64,000 nt of DNA from assembly GCA_016296775.1 (NCBI GenBank), contig JAEDIE010000003.1, forward strand, positions 127 through 64,126. Reading direction: 5' to 3'. This stretch comes from Bacilli bacterium (lineage in GTDB: Bacteria > Bacillota_I > Bacilli_A > RFN20 > CAG-826). Shown here one piece after another: positions 44,979 through 53,031 of this stretch. A program made the translations under genes and the position numbers. The notes beneath the pieces were generated by a model, which saw only the letters and a list, made by a program, of their open reading frames with translations, did no database searches and was not told the origin of the DNA. Within the stretch, counting starts at the first letter, position 1; the number at the start of each line of letters is the position of its first letter.

Positions 44979-45863
44979 ATGAAAGAAGAATTTAGAGACT
45001 TAATTTGTGAAAACATAGCTGAATCGAATGTATTTTTATGTGGAATCCCTCTTGATAAAAATGTAAGTGTAGGAAAAGGTGCTAAAGAAGCTCCAAAAGT
45101 TTTAAGAGAATTAAGTTACGATTTACCTCCTCTTGATAGAAAAGGAAATCTTTTAACAAAAGTAAAGATGTTTGACGTTGGAGATTTTGTTAGTGAAGAC
45201 TTCTCTGAATTAAAGGAAAATCTTGATGAATTTTTAAAATATAAGGGATTTCATATAGTTTTTGGTGGTGACCATTCAATTGCAATTGCTACTAATAGAG
45301 CATTCTTTGATAAATGTTTAAGCTTAAATAAGATTCCTGTAATTATTCATATCGATGCTCATCCTGATATTTGTGATACATATCATGGAAGTAAATATTC
45401 TCATGCTTGTCCAATTGCTAGAGCTATTGAATATGGATATAAAGACGAAAACATTACATTATGTGGTGTAAGAGGATTTGAAGCTCAAGAAATTGAGACA
45501 TTTAAAAAGCATAGATTACTTGATGTTTTTAAAGCCAATGACATAAAAGAGATGGGAATTGATACGTTAATTGCAATTTTAAGAACTAAATATAGTGATG
45601 AAAAATATTTAGTTTACATTTCTTATGATATTGATGCTAATGATCCATGTTTTGCTCCAGGAACTGGAACTCCAGAAAGTTTTGGATTAACAAACTTTGA
45701 AACTATGCAAATAATTTGTGATTGTGTCAAATATTTAAATGTAGATATTTTTGAAATTGTAGAAGTAGCCCCACCTTTAGATATTAATAATATTACAAGT
45801 TGGCTAGCTTTAAAGACATTATATGAAGTATTTCATGTATTAATTGAAACAAACAAAATTTAA
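44979..45863 (+). CDS. speB: Arginase family enzyme, agmatinase-like
   Basis: Mn-binding motifs GGDHSIA, HIDAHPDI and SYDIDANDP. The ATG at 44979 follows GAAGAAGG and lies 1 nt after the hydrogenase stop. The track start at 44919 lies inside the hydrogenase gene. Confidence 0.8.
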   Translation: MKEEFRDLICENIAESNVFLCGIPLDKNVSVGKGAKEAPKVLRELSYDLPPLDRKGNLLTKVKMFDVGDFVSEDFSELKENLDEFLKYKGFHIVFGGDHSIAIATNRAFFDKCLSLNKIPVIIHIDAHPDICDTYHGSKYSHACPIARAIEYGYKDENITLCGVRGFEAQEIETFKKHRLLDVFKANDIKEMGIDTLIAILRTKYSDEKYLVYISYDIDANDPCFAPGTGTPESFGLTNFETMQIICDCVKYLNVDIFEIVEVAPPLDINNITSWLALKTLYEVFHVLIETNKI

Positions 45864-45864
45864 T

Positions 45865-46524
45865 ATGTATGAAGAGATTTTAAAATATATTGAGGATTTA
45901 CCATATTATTTTGAATTAAAATCTTTTTTAGATGAAGAATATTCTAAATATATTATTTATCCAAAAAGAGAAAATATATTTAACGCTTTTAAATTAATTG
46001 AAGAAAATAATATAAAAGTTGTAATTATTGGACAAGATCCATATTCAAACGAGAATCAAGCAAATGGATTAGCTTTTAGCGTAAATAATGGTGTTAGTCT
46101 TCCTCCAAGTTTAAGAAATATTTATAAAGAAATTGAAAATGAATTTAATAAAAAGATGGATTATTCTAATGGAGATTTAACTTATTTAGCTAAACAAGGT
46201 GTCTTATTATTAAATACAATTTTAACTGTAAGAGCTAAAACACCTTTAAGTCATAACAATTCTTTATATAAGAAACTATTTTTGGATATTATGAAATATT
46301 TAGATTCTATTGATAATAATATTGTTTTTATGCTTTGGGGAAATAATGCTAAAGCATATAAAAAATATATAAATAATAAAAAAAGACTAGTGATTATGAC
46401 TAATCATCCTAGCCCTTTAAGCGCCAATAGAGGCGGTTGGTTTAACTCTGGTTGTTTTATTAAAGCTAATGAATATTTAATTAACTCTAATATTGAACCT
46501 ATTGATTGGTTGAACACTCACTAG
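45865..46524 (+). CDS. ung: Uracil-DNA glycosylase (family 1)
   Basis: GQDPY catalytic motif, GVLLLN, and HPSPLSA. The ATG at 45865 lies 1 nt after the speB stop. Confidence 0.92.
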   Translation: MYEEILKYIEDLPYYFELKSFLDEEYSKYIIYPKRENIFNAFKLIEENNIKVVIIGQDPYSNENQANGLAFSVNNGVSLPPSLRNIYKEIENEFNKKMDYSNGDLTYLAKQGVLLLNTILTVRAKTPLSHNNSLYKKLFLDIMKYLDSIDNNIVFMLWGNNAKAYKKYINNKKRLVIMTNHPSPLSANRGGWFNSGCFIKANEYLINSNIEPIDWLNTH

Positions 46525-46676
46525 TATCTATTACTATTTAAATTGTATAAAAATTCTCCATAAATATATAATTGTTGTTCTTTTTCGTTTAAATTTTTAT
46601 CATGTTCGTTTTCACCAATAAATTCTTTTTCAAAGTTATCTATGTCTTTAAAGTGTAACTTAGTTCTTTCTTTCAT
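46521..46676 (-). CDS. Small acidic protein (51 aa), not in the ORF track
   Basis: MKERTKLHFKDIDNFEKEFIGENEHDKNLNEKEQQLYIYGEFLYNLNSNRY. A strong AAGGAGGAAA RBS lies 5 nt upstream of the ATG. Its stop codon overlaps the ung stop by 3 nt (convergent). Confidence 0.5.
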   Translation of the reverse strand: MKERTKLHFKDIDNFEKEFIGENEHDKNLNEKEQQLYIYGEFLYNLNSNRY

Positions 46677-46732
46677 ATACGTTTCCTCCTTTGAACAACT
46701 ATATTTTATTATGTTTGAAAAAATGCAAAATA

Positions 46733-46767
46733 TGAAAACGGTTACATTTTTAATGAAAGCGTTTTCA
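46733..46767. promoter_or_regulatory. Two tandem cre-like (CcpA/LacI-family) operators, TGAAAACGGTTACA and TGAAAGCGTTTTCA
   Basis: Both 14-mers (46733..46746 and 46754..46767) fit TGWAANCGNTNWCA at every constrained position. Their centres are 21 bp apart. They lie in an otherwise CG-poor intergenic region. Confidence 0.5.
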
Positions 46768-46877
46768 ATATTTTTAATAAAAAACTATATGAAATCACTG
46801 TTATTTTTAAAATAATAAATAAAACAAAACAATAAACGAATTATTTAATTTATTAATTAAAATTAATAATATATAAT

Positions 46878-46966
46878 AATTTTGGGAGCTAGAGTACTGG
46901 CTGAGATAAACGTGAAACTCGTTTGACCATTAACCTGATCTAGGTAATGCTAGCGTAGGGAATTTT
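46878..46966 (+). promoter_or_regulatory. TPP (THI-box) riboswitch
   Basis: Conserved elements GGCTGAGA, ACCTGATCTAGGTAATGCTAGCGTAGGGAA. Followed by the hairpin GTAGGGAA/TTCCTAC, which reuses the conserved 3' end. Located upstream of thiT-thiN. Confidence 0.9.
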
Positions 46967-47000
46967 TTTATTTCCTACCTCTTGTTTAAAGGAGGGATTT

Positions 47001-48068
47001 ATGAAAGAAACAAAGACATTGAGCAATTATTTAAAAGAGTTGCTCTCCGCATTATCATTCGTTTTATTATTCGTTTTATTATTTGCTTGTCCAATTGTTA
47101 CATTTTTAGCAAATGGTAAGGAATTTAGCATCTCTTTTGCTACTATTTGCTTTACAGAAGCCAATATTTACAATGGATCAATCTTAGTAAATGGAACAAC
47201 ACAAATCATATTAATTAGCGCATTATGTGCTTTAATTGGTTCAGCTGTTTTATTTGTTGTAGGATGGGTATTGGACTGTTTAAATAAAGAAAAATATGTT
47301 AGATATTATTATTTAGTGGCAATTATTTTACTTGTTTATTTTGCTTTTGCTGTATTATTTAGCAATTATTATTTTTCAATTTATAATACAAATGAAGCTT
47401 TTGATGATTTTGAAATTTCTACATTATTTTCAATTTGTACAATTGTTTTAGTGGTATTTATTGGACTTTTATTATCATCAAAAATATTTGAAGGAATTAA
47501 ATATACAGTTCAAGAAATTTGTGAAACTGCAATTTTAGTTGGTTTAGCTGTTGTTTTAGATCAATTTGTTAAAATTCCGGTTCAAGCAAATGGTGGAAGT
47601 ATTTCATTTGCACCTGTTCCATTATTTATTATTGCTATTAGATATGGTGGATTTAAAGGCTTTATTGCAAGTGGTTTAATATTTGGTTTAATTACTTGTT
47701 TATTAGATGGATATGGATTCCAATGTTTCCCATTTGATTATTTTGTAGCTTTAAGTGGTTATGGATTAATTGGTGTAATGGTTAATTTATTTAACAAATT
47801 TAATAAAGAAAAGAAAAATAGCAAACAATTTGGTTTAACAATTGCTGGAGTTATTGTTGGTGGTATTTTAGCTACAGTTGTTAGATATTTTGGACATATG
47901 GTAAGTGGATTTATTCTTTATGCTCCAATTTCGTTTGTTGATAATTTCATTTATCAATCAACTTATGTTCCATTAACAATGGTTGTTTCAATTGCTGTTA
48001 TGTGTGTTCTTGTTGGACCAATTATGTTAATCAATAGAGTTTACAAGGTTAAAGGTAATGCAAAATAA
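47001..48068 (+). CDS. thiT: Thiamine ECF-transporter S component ThiT with a 165-aa N-terminal 4-TM extension
   Basis: The C-terminal 190 aa align with ThiT (EICETAILVGLAVVLDQFVKIP...GGSISFAPVPLFIIAIRYG...). The N-terminal half adds four further hydrophobic helices. AAGGAGG RBS. Confidence 0.75.
   Translation: MKETKTLSNYLKELLSALSFVLLFVLLFACPIVTFLANGKEFSISFATICFTEANIYNGSILVNGTTQIILISALCALIGSAVLFVVGWVLDCLNKEKYVRYYYLVAIILLVYFAFAVLFSNYYFSIYNTNEAFDDFEISTLFSICTIVLVVFIGLLLSSKIFEGIKYTVQEICETAILVGLAVVLDQFVKIPVQANGGSISFAPVPLFIIAIRYGGFKGFIASGLIFGLITCLLDGYGFQCFPFDYFVALSGYGLIGVMVNLFNKFNKEKKNSKQFGLTIAGVIVGGILATVVRYFGHMVSGFILYAPISFVDNFIYQSTYVPLTMVVSIAVMCVLVGPIMLINRVYKVKGNAK
47057..47080 (+). repeat. In-frame 12-nt tandem duplication (ATTCGTTTTATT x2) inside thiT
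   Basis: Encodes FVLLFVLL within the first TM helix of the N-terminal extension. Confidence 0.8.
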
Positions 48069-48675
48069 AAAATTCATTATTGTAGCAAGTGGAGATTTTC
48101 AAAATAAGTCGATAAATCATAGTGAAATTGACTTTATTTGTGCATGTGATGGTGGATATAAATATTTAGAAAAGTTAAATATTGAACCTGATCTTGCTTT
48201 AGGAGATTTCGATAGTTTAGGCTTTGTTCCTAAATGCAAAGAAGTAATTAAATTAAATACAAATAAAGATGAAACAGATTTATTTAGTGCAATTAATGAA
48301 GGAATTACAAGAGGTTTTGATTGTTTTGAAATATATGGTGCAACCGGAAAAAGAGAAGCTCATACTTTTGCAAATTTTCAAATTCTTCTATATTTGAAAA
48401 GATTAAATTGTAAAGCTACATTTATTAATGGAAAGAATAGATATTTCTGTTTAAGTAATGAAACTATGAATTTAAATTATAAAAAAGGATATATTTCAAT
48501 ATTTTCTTTAACTCCAAAATCAATTGTTACTTTAGAAAATTTAAAATATAACTTACATTTACATAAGTTATTAAATTATATTCCACTTGGTATAGATAAT
48601 GAATTTATAAATAAAGAATCAACTATTAAAGTGATAAGTGGTGCGATTCTTGTTATAGTAGAACCTTTAGATTAA
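48058..48675 (+). CDS. thiN: Thiamine diphosphokinase
   Basis: ACDGG...LGDFDS motif, GATGKREAH, and a C-terminal thiamine-binding beta domain. Overlaps thiT by 11 nt. Confidence 0.85.
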   Translation: MQNKKFIIVASGDFQNKSINHSEIDFICACDGGYKYLEKLNIEPDLALGDFDSLGFVPKCKEVIKLNTNKDETDLFSAINEGITRGFDCFEIYGATGKREAHTFANFQILLYLKRLNCKATFINGKNRYFCLSNETMNLNYKKGYISIFSLTPKSIVTLENLKYNLHLHKLLNYIPLGIDNEFINKESTIKVISGAILVIVEPLD

Positions 48676-48683
48676 AAATTATT

Positions 48684-48716
48684 AACAGATATTAGCGTTT
48701 CTAATATCTGTTTTTT
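48684..48716 (+). terminator. Rho-independent terminator after thiN
   Basis: AACAGATATTAG / CTAATATCTGTT 12-bp perfect stem followed by TTTT. Confidence 0.8.
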
Positions 48717-48808
48717 AATACAAATTTTTTATATAAGTAATTATATTACTATATAAAAAAGTAAATCCGTTTTATAATAAGTACATACATTTGGTAGGAG
48801 TATTTATT

Positions 48809-49924
48809 ATGGGTTTTAAAAAATATGAAGAGGGAATGAAGAAAGAAGAAGAAATCCTCGTTGAAGAAGAAACAAAAAAAGAAGAAGAAAGCAAAGAATT
48901 TATCAATAATATTATTGAAGAAAATAATCGTCTTGCTTTAGAAGATGAAAAACAAGAAAAAACTGTCGGTGAAGAACAAGTTTATAAAGAAGTAGAAGTA
49001 GCTAGATATGCATACAAAAAGATACTTAAAAAATGGAAAATTTTAGGCATTTGTTCATCTGCTTTTGGTATTGTTTTGATGATAGTTGCTATGATTCTTT
49101 TCTTTGTTTTTAAAAGTAATCAAGCAATAACAATTGTTGCATTAGTTTTATGTGTTGTTGGCATTGCAGCAATGGGAATTGTTAGTTTGATTAAAAATAA
49201 GGATTTAAAGAAAAAAGCTTTAGATTACGTAAATCAATACTTCATCATTACAAATAAATTTATTTATTCAGATGAAGCATTTACTAATGTTGAATACTTA
49301 AGCAATACACAGTTTAGTGACCAAGCTTTTAAAGATGCTCATTTTTATAAAGGAATTCACGATACAAAAAGTAGAAATTATGTTGCTTTAAGTTATAAAA
49401 ATATACCATTAGTTACATGTGATATTTCAGCTAATGTTTTAGTTAGAGGAAGAACTTCACCTATGTTTTTAGGTAAACTGTATTGTTTAGAAAGAAAACA
49501 TGAAGATATCAAACCTATTTTAAAGAAAGAAGGTGAAGAAGAAGCAAGTGAAGTAAAAGATGAATCAATAATTATTTTCCAACTTAAAGGTGGAGAATTA
49601 AGTAAACCTCTTGATGATATTGAGGGTTTAGAAAAGGTTGATGATACTGAATCATATGTTGTTTATTCAAATGATAAAAAGTATAAGAAGATATTTAATT
49701 CTAAAGTATTAAATGTTTGTAAATCTTTTAGAATTGATAAGACATTAATAGATGTTGTTTTAAGTATTAGAAATAATTACATAACAATTGGTATTGATTA
49801 TGCTGACGAATTTATCTCAATTCCGGTTGAAAATGAAGCAAATATTCAAATTTTAAGAAGAACAAAAAGCGATCTTGCATTAGTAACTGAAATTTTTGAT
49901 TTAATTAACGAAAATAGTAAATAG
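48809..49924 (+). CDS. Hypothetical membrane protein (acidic N-terminus, 2 TM, C-terminal globular domain)
   Basis: The ATG at 48809 follows TAGGAG; the track start at 48791 is a TTG. Two TM helices (ILGICSSAFGIVLMIVAMILFFVF, ITIVALVLCVVGIAAMGIV). Possibly DUF3137-like (weak). Confidence 0.6.
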   Translation: MGFKKYEEGMKKEEEILVEEETKKEEESKEFINNIIEENNRLALEDEKQEKTVGEEQVYKEVEVARYAYKKILKKWKILGICSSAFGIVLMIVAMILFFVFKSNQAITIVALVLCVVGIAAMGIVSLIKNKDLKKKALDYVNQYFIITNKFIYSDEAFTNVEYLSNTQFSDQAFKDAHFYKGIHDTKSRNYVALSYKNIPLVTCDISANVLVRGRTSPMFLGKLYCLERKHEDIKPILKKEGEEEASEVKDESIIIFQLKGGELSKPLDDIEGLEKVDDTESYVVYSNDKKYKKIFNSKVLNVCKSFRIDKTLIDVVLSIRNNYITIGIDYADEFISIPVENEANIQILRRTKSDLALVTEIFDLINENSK

Positions 49925-49943
49925 TTATTTTGAGGTATTTACT

Positions 49944-50498
49944 ATGGATAAATTAAGGAAAAAATGGGTTGAAGTCCAAGGTTATAAGCATGATGGAAGA
50001 ATGCATAGAATCTGGGATTCAACATATGTAGTTGAAGAAACAGATGAATATATTGTTGTTTCAAGTAAAAAGGTAAAAGTTATTGAACACGATTTTCGTA
50101 TTTGGTATACAAAAGAACCAGCAATTATGGTCTTTTTTAAGGAAAAATGGTGGAACATTATTGCTATGTTTAAAAAAGGTGGAATTACATATTATGTAAA
50201 TTTAGCTTCACCTTATATTGTTGATAAACAAAAAATTAAATATATTGATTATGATTTAGATATAAAAAAATATCCAGATCAAGAAATAAGATTAATTGAT
50301 GTTAAAGAATATGGTTATCATCGTAAAAAATATGGATATGGAGAAGATATTGATAAGATTTTAAGATATAACATTAATAAAATTAAACAAAAAATGATTA
50401 ATAAAGAGTTTCCATTTGATGATAACAAGATTAAAGAATATTATGATTTGTTTTTAGAAGAAACTAAGAAGAAGGATGAATATGAAAGTGAAGATTGA
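49944..50498 (+). CDS. DUF402 family protein (nucleoside tri/diphosphatase Ntdp-like)
   Basis: V.GYKHDG..HR.W......E....V........V.E...R.W....PA...F....WWNI......G...YY.NLASP......I.YIDYDLD is the characteristic DUF402 pattern. Confidence 0.8.
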   Translation: MDKLRKKWVEVQGYKHDGRMHRIWDSTYVVEETDEYIVVSSKKVKVIEHDFRIWYTKEPAIMVFFKEKWWNIIAMFKKGGITYYVNLASPYIVDKQKIKYIDYDLDIKKYPDQEIRLIDVKEYGYHRKKYGYGEDIDKILRYNINKIKQKMINKEFPFDDNKIKEYYDLFLEETKKKDEYESED

Positions 50499-50952
50499 TT
50501 CTGTCAGTGAAGAATTTACTAAAGAACTTGGCTCAAAAATTGCTAGTTTGATGTTTAAGGGATCATTGATTCTTCTAACTGGTGATTTAGGAGCTGGAAA
50601 AACTACTTTTACAAAAGGTTTAGCAAAAGGTTTAAATATTTTAGATGAAGTAAATTCACCTACTTTTAATATACTTAAATGTTATTTCAATAAACCTTTA
50701 AATCTATATCATATTGATGCGTATCGATTAGAAGGAGTTAATAGCGAAAATAAAAATATAGGTTTAGAAGAAGTTATTGAAGGTGATGGTGTTTGTGTTA
50801 TCGAATGGCCTATGTATATTAAAGAATTTATTCCTTCTTTCTATTTAAATATAAATATTACATTAAATGAGGATAATTCTAGAACAATAGAAATTGAATC
50901 ATTTGGTAAAAAGTATGATGAAATAGTTAATAAACTTGAGGAGATTTTATAA
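50482..50952 (+). CDS. tsaE: tRNA t6A37 biosynthesis ATPase TsaE
   Basis: GDLGAGKTTFTKG Walker A, SPTF, and HID.YRL. The ATG at 50482 has better spacing to GAAGGA than the ATG at 50476. Confidence 0.85.
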   Translation: MKVKIDSVSEEFTKELGSKIASLMFKGSLILLTGDLGAGKTTFTKGLAKGLNILDEVNSPTFNILKCYFNKPLNLYHIDAYRLEGVNSENKNIGLEEVIEGDGVCVIEWPMYIKEFIPSFYLNINITLNEDNSRTIEIESFGKKYDEIVNKLEEIL

Positions 50953-50953
50953 T

Positions 50954-51538
50954 ATGTTTAGTTTAGTATTGGATTCTTCTTATAAAGATTTAGTCGTTGG
51001 ATTAGTAAAAAATGGTGAAGTTATTGAAAACATTAATTATGAATGTTTTCAAAGACAAAGCGAATTAATGATTGTAGAAATTAATAACGCTTTAAAAAGA
51101 AATGATATAAATCCTAAAGAAATTGGAGAAATATTAGTTGCTTTAGGACCAGGAAGCTATACTGGTGTAAGAATAGCCTTAACTATTGCAAAAGTATATA
51201 GTTATGCATTAAAAATTCCTTGTTATGCATACTCAAGTTTAAAGATTCTTCAAGATTATTCTAAGCCTTCAATTTGCTTAATAAATGCAAGAAGTTCAAG
51301 ATCATATATTGGAGTTTATGATAAGAATAAAATCTTACTAAATGATCAAGTAATGAGAAACGAAGAAGTTATAAAATATATTGAAAATCATAGGGATTTT
51401 GCTCTTTGCGGTGATTTAGATTATTTAGAATTAGATGGATATAAAGCAAATATTCCATTCAATATGATTAACTTAAAAAACGATGATGACTTAGTTAAAG
51501 ATATCATGACTTTAAAAGCTGTTTATTTAAAGGATTAG
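50954..51538 (+). CDS. tsaB: tRNA t6A37 biosynthesis protein TsaB
   Basis: LDSS... start, GPGSYTGVRI motif, and position between tsaE and rimI/tsaD. The track start at 50936 overlaps tsaE. Confidence 0.85.
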   Translation: MFSLVLDSSYKDLVVGLVKNGEVIENINYECFQRQSELMIVEINNALKRNDINPKEIGEILVALGPGSYTGVRIALTIAKVYSYALKIPCYAYSSLKILQDYSKPSICLINARSSRSYIGVYDKNKILLNDQVMRNEEVIKYIENHRDFALCGDLDYLELDGYKANIPFNMINLKNDDDLVKDIMTLKAVYLKD

Positions 51539-51539
51539 T

Positions 51540-51977
51540 ATGGAATTTAGATTTGCTACAATTGATGATTTAAATGCTATTGTTTCTTTAGAAAATGAAT
51601 GCTTCTCATCTCCTTATAAAGAAAAAGATGTTATTTATGAATTAAGTGAAAATCCATTTTGTAACACCTTAGTAATCGAAAATAATAGGGAAATCATAGG
51701 GTATTTGATGTATTTAATTACTTTTGACTCGTCAAGTATTGTTAGAATTGGAGTAAAAAAGAATTATAGAAAACAAGGGATTGCATTTAGTTTATTAACT
51801 AAATGTGAAGAGTATTTAAAAGAAAAGCAAGTTGAATTCTTTACTTTAGAAGTAAGAGAATCAAACTTAGCAGCAATTAACTTATATGAAAAGTTTGGTT
51901 TTTTAAAAATTTGCGTTAAGAAAAGTTATTATGATGATGGTGAAAATGCTATCTATATGATGAAAGGAGTTTTTTAA
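51540..51977 (+). CDS. rimI: Ribosomal-protein-alanine N-acetyltransferase (GNAT)
   Basis: GNAT motif A RIGVKKNYRKQGIAFSLL, LEVRESN..AI.LYEKFGF, and conserved tsaB-rimI-tsaD synteny. Confidence 0.85.
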   Translation: MEFRFATIDDLNAIVSLENECFSSPYKEKDVIYELSENPFCNTLVIENNREIIGYLMYLITFDSSSIVRIGVKKNYRKQGIAFSLLTKCEEYLKEKQVEFFTLEVRESNLAAINLYEKFGFLKICVKKSYYDDGENAIYMMKGVF

Positions 51978-51978
51978 A

Positions 51979-52995
51979 ATGAAGGATACGATTATTCTTG
52001 CTATTGAAAGTAGTTGTGATGAGACTAGTTGTGCTATTTTAAAAAATGATGAATTAGTAGCTAATATTGTTTCGACTCAAATAGAGGTACATCAAAAATA
52101 TGGTGGAGTTATGCCTGAAATTGCTTCAAGACTTCATCTTGAAAATATTATTTGTGTTATCGATGAAGCTTTAAATAAAGCAAATATTACTTTAGAAGAT
52201 GTTGATGCTTTTGCTGTAACTCGTGGACCTGGATTAATTGGGGCTCTTCATGTTGGGTTACAAGCTATAAAGACATTATCTTTAATTTATAATAAACCAA
52301 TAATTCCAGTTCATCATTTATGTGGGCATATTTATGCTAATGAATATATAGATGAATTGAAATTTCCTTTATTAGCTGTTGTTGTAAGTGGAGGAAATAC
52401 CGAGCTTGTTTTAATGAAAGATAATTTAGAATTTGAAATAATAGGTGAAACAAAAGATGATGCAATTGGAGAAAGTTTTGATAAAGTTGCTAGAGTATTA
52501 GGTTTACCTTATCCTGGTGGAATTCAAATAGATAAATTAGCTAAAGAAGGAAAACATACCTATAATTTACCTACTCCGCTTCATGATGGAAGTTTAAATG
52601 TAAGTTATAGTGGATTAAAAACTGCCGTTATTAATTTAGTACATAAATTAGAACAAAATCATGAAACAGTAAATATTAAAGATTTAGCTAAATCTTTCCA
52701 AGATATAGCAGTAAATATGATTATCGATAGAGTTAAAAAAGCTGTAAATCAATATGAAATTAAAGAAATTGTGCTTGCTGGAGGAGTTAGTGCAAATAGC
52801 TATTTAAGAGAAGAAATAACAAGAATATTTAAAGATACAAATATCAAAGTTATTATTCCTCCATTATGGTGTACAACTGATAATGCAGCTATGATTGCTA
52901 AAGTTGCTTCTCACCTATATAAGAAAAAAATATTTGCTCCATTAAGTATCGGTGTTGATCCTTCTTGGAGAATTGAGGATTACAATAAATTTTAA
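51979..52995 (+). CDS. tsaD: tRNA N6-adenosine threonylcarbamoyltransferase TsaD
   Basis: LAIESSCDETS, VHHL.GHI, GGVSAN and TDNAAMIA motifs. Confidence 0.92.
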   Translation: MKDTIILAIESSCDETSCAILKNDELVANIVSTQIEVHQKYGGVMPEIASRLHLENIICVIDEALNKANITLEDVDAFAVTRGPGLIGALHVGLQAIKTLSLIYNKPIIPVHHLCGHIYANEYIDELKFPLLAVVVSGGNTELVLMKDNLEFEIIGETKDDAIGESFDKVARVLGLPYPGGIQIDKLAKEGKHTYNLPTPLHDGSLNVSYSGLKTAVINLVHKLEQNHETVNIKDLAKSFQDIAVNMIIDRVKKAVNQYEIKEIVLAGGVSANSYLREEITRIFKDTNIKVIIPPLWCTTDNAAMIAKVASHLYKKKIFAPLSIGVDPSWRIEDYNKF

Positions 52996-53031
52996 TTATT
53001 GTATAATTAAAAAACAAAAGGAGATGAGTTT

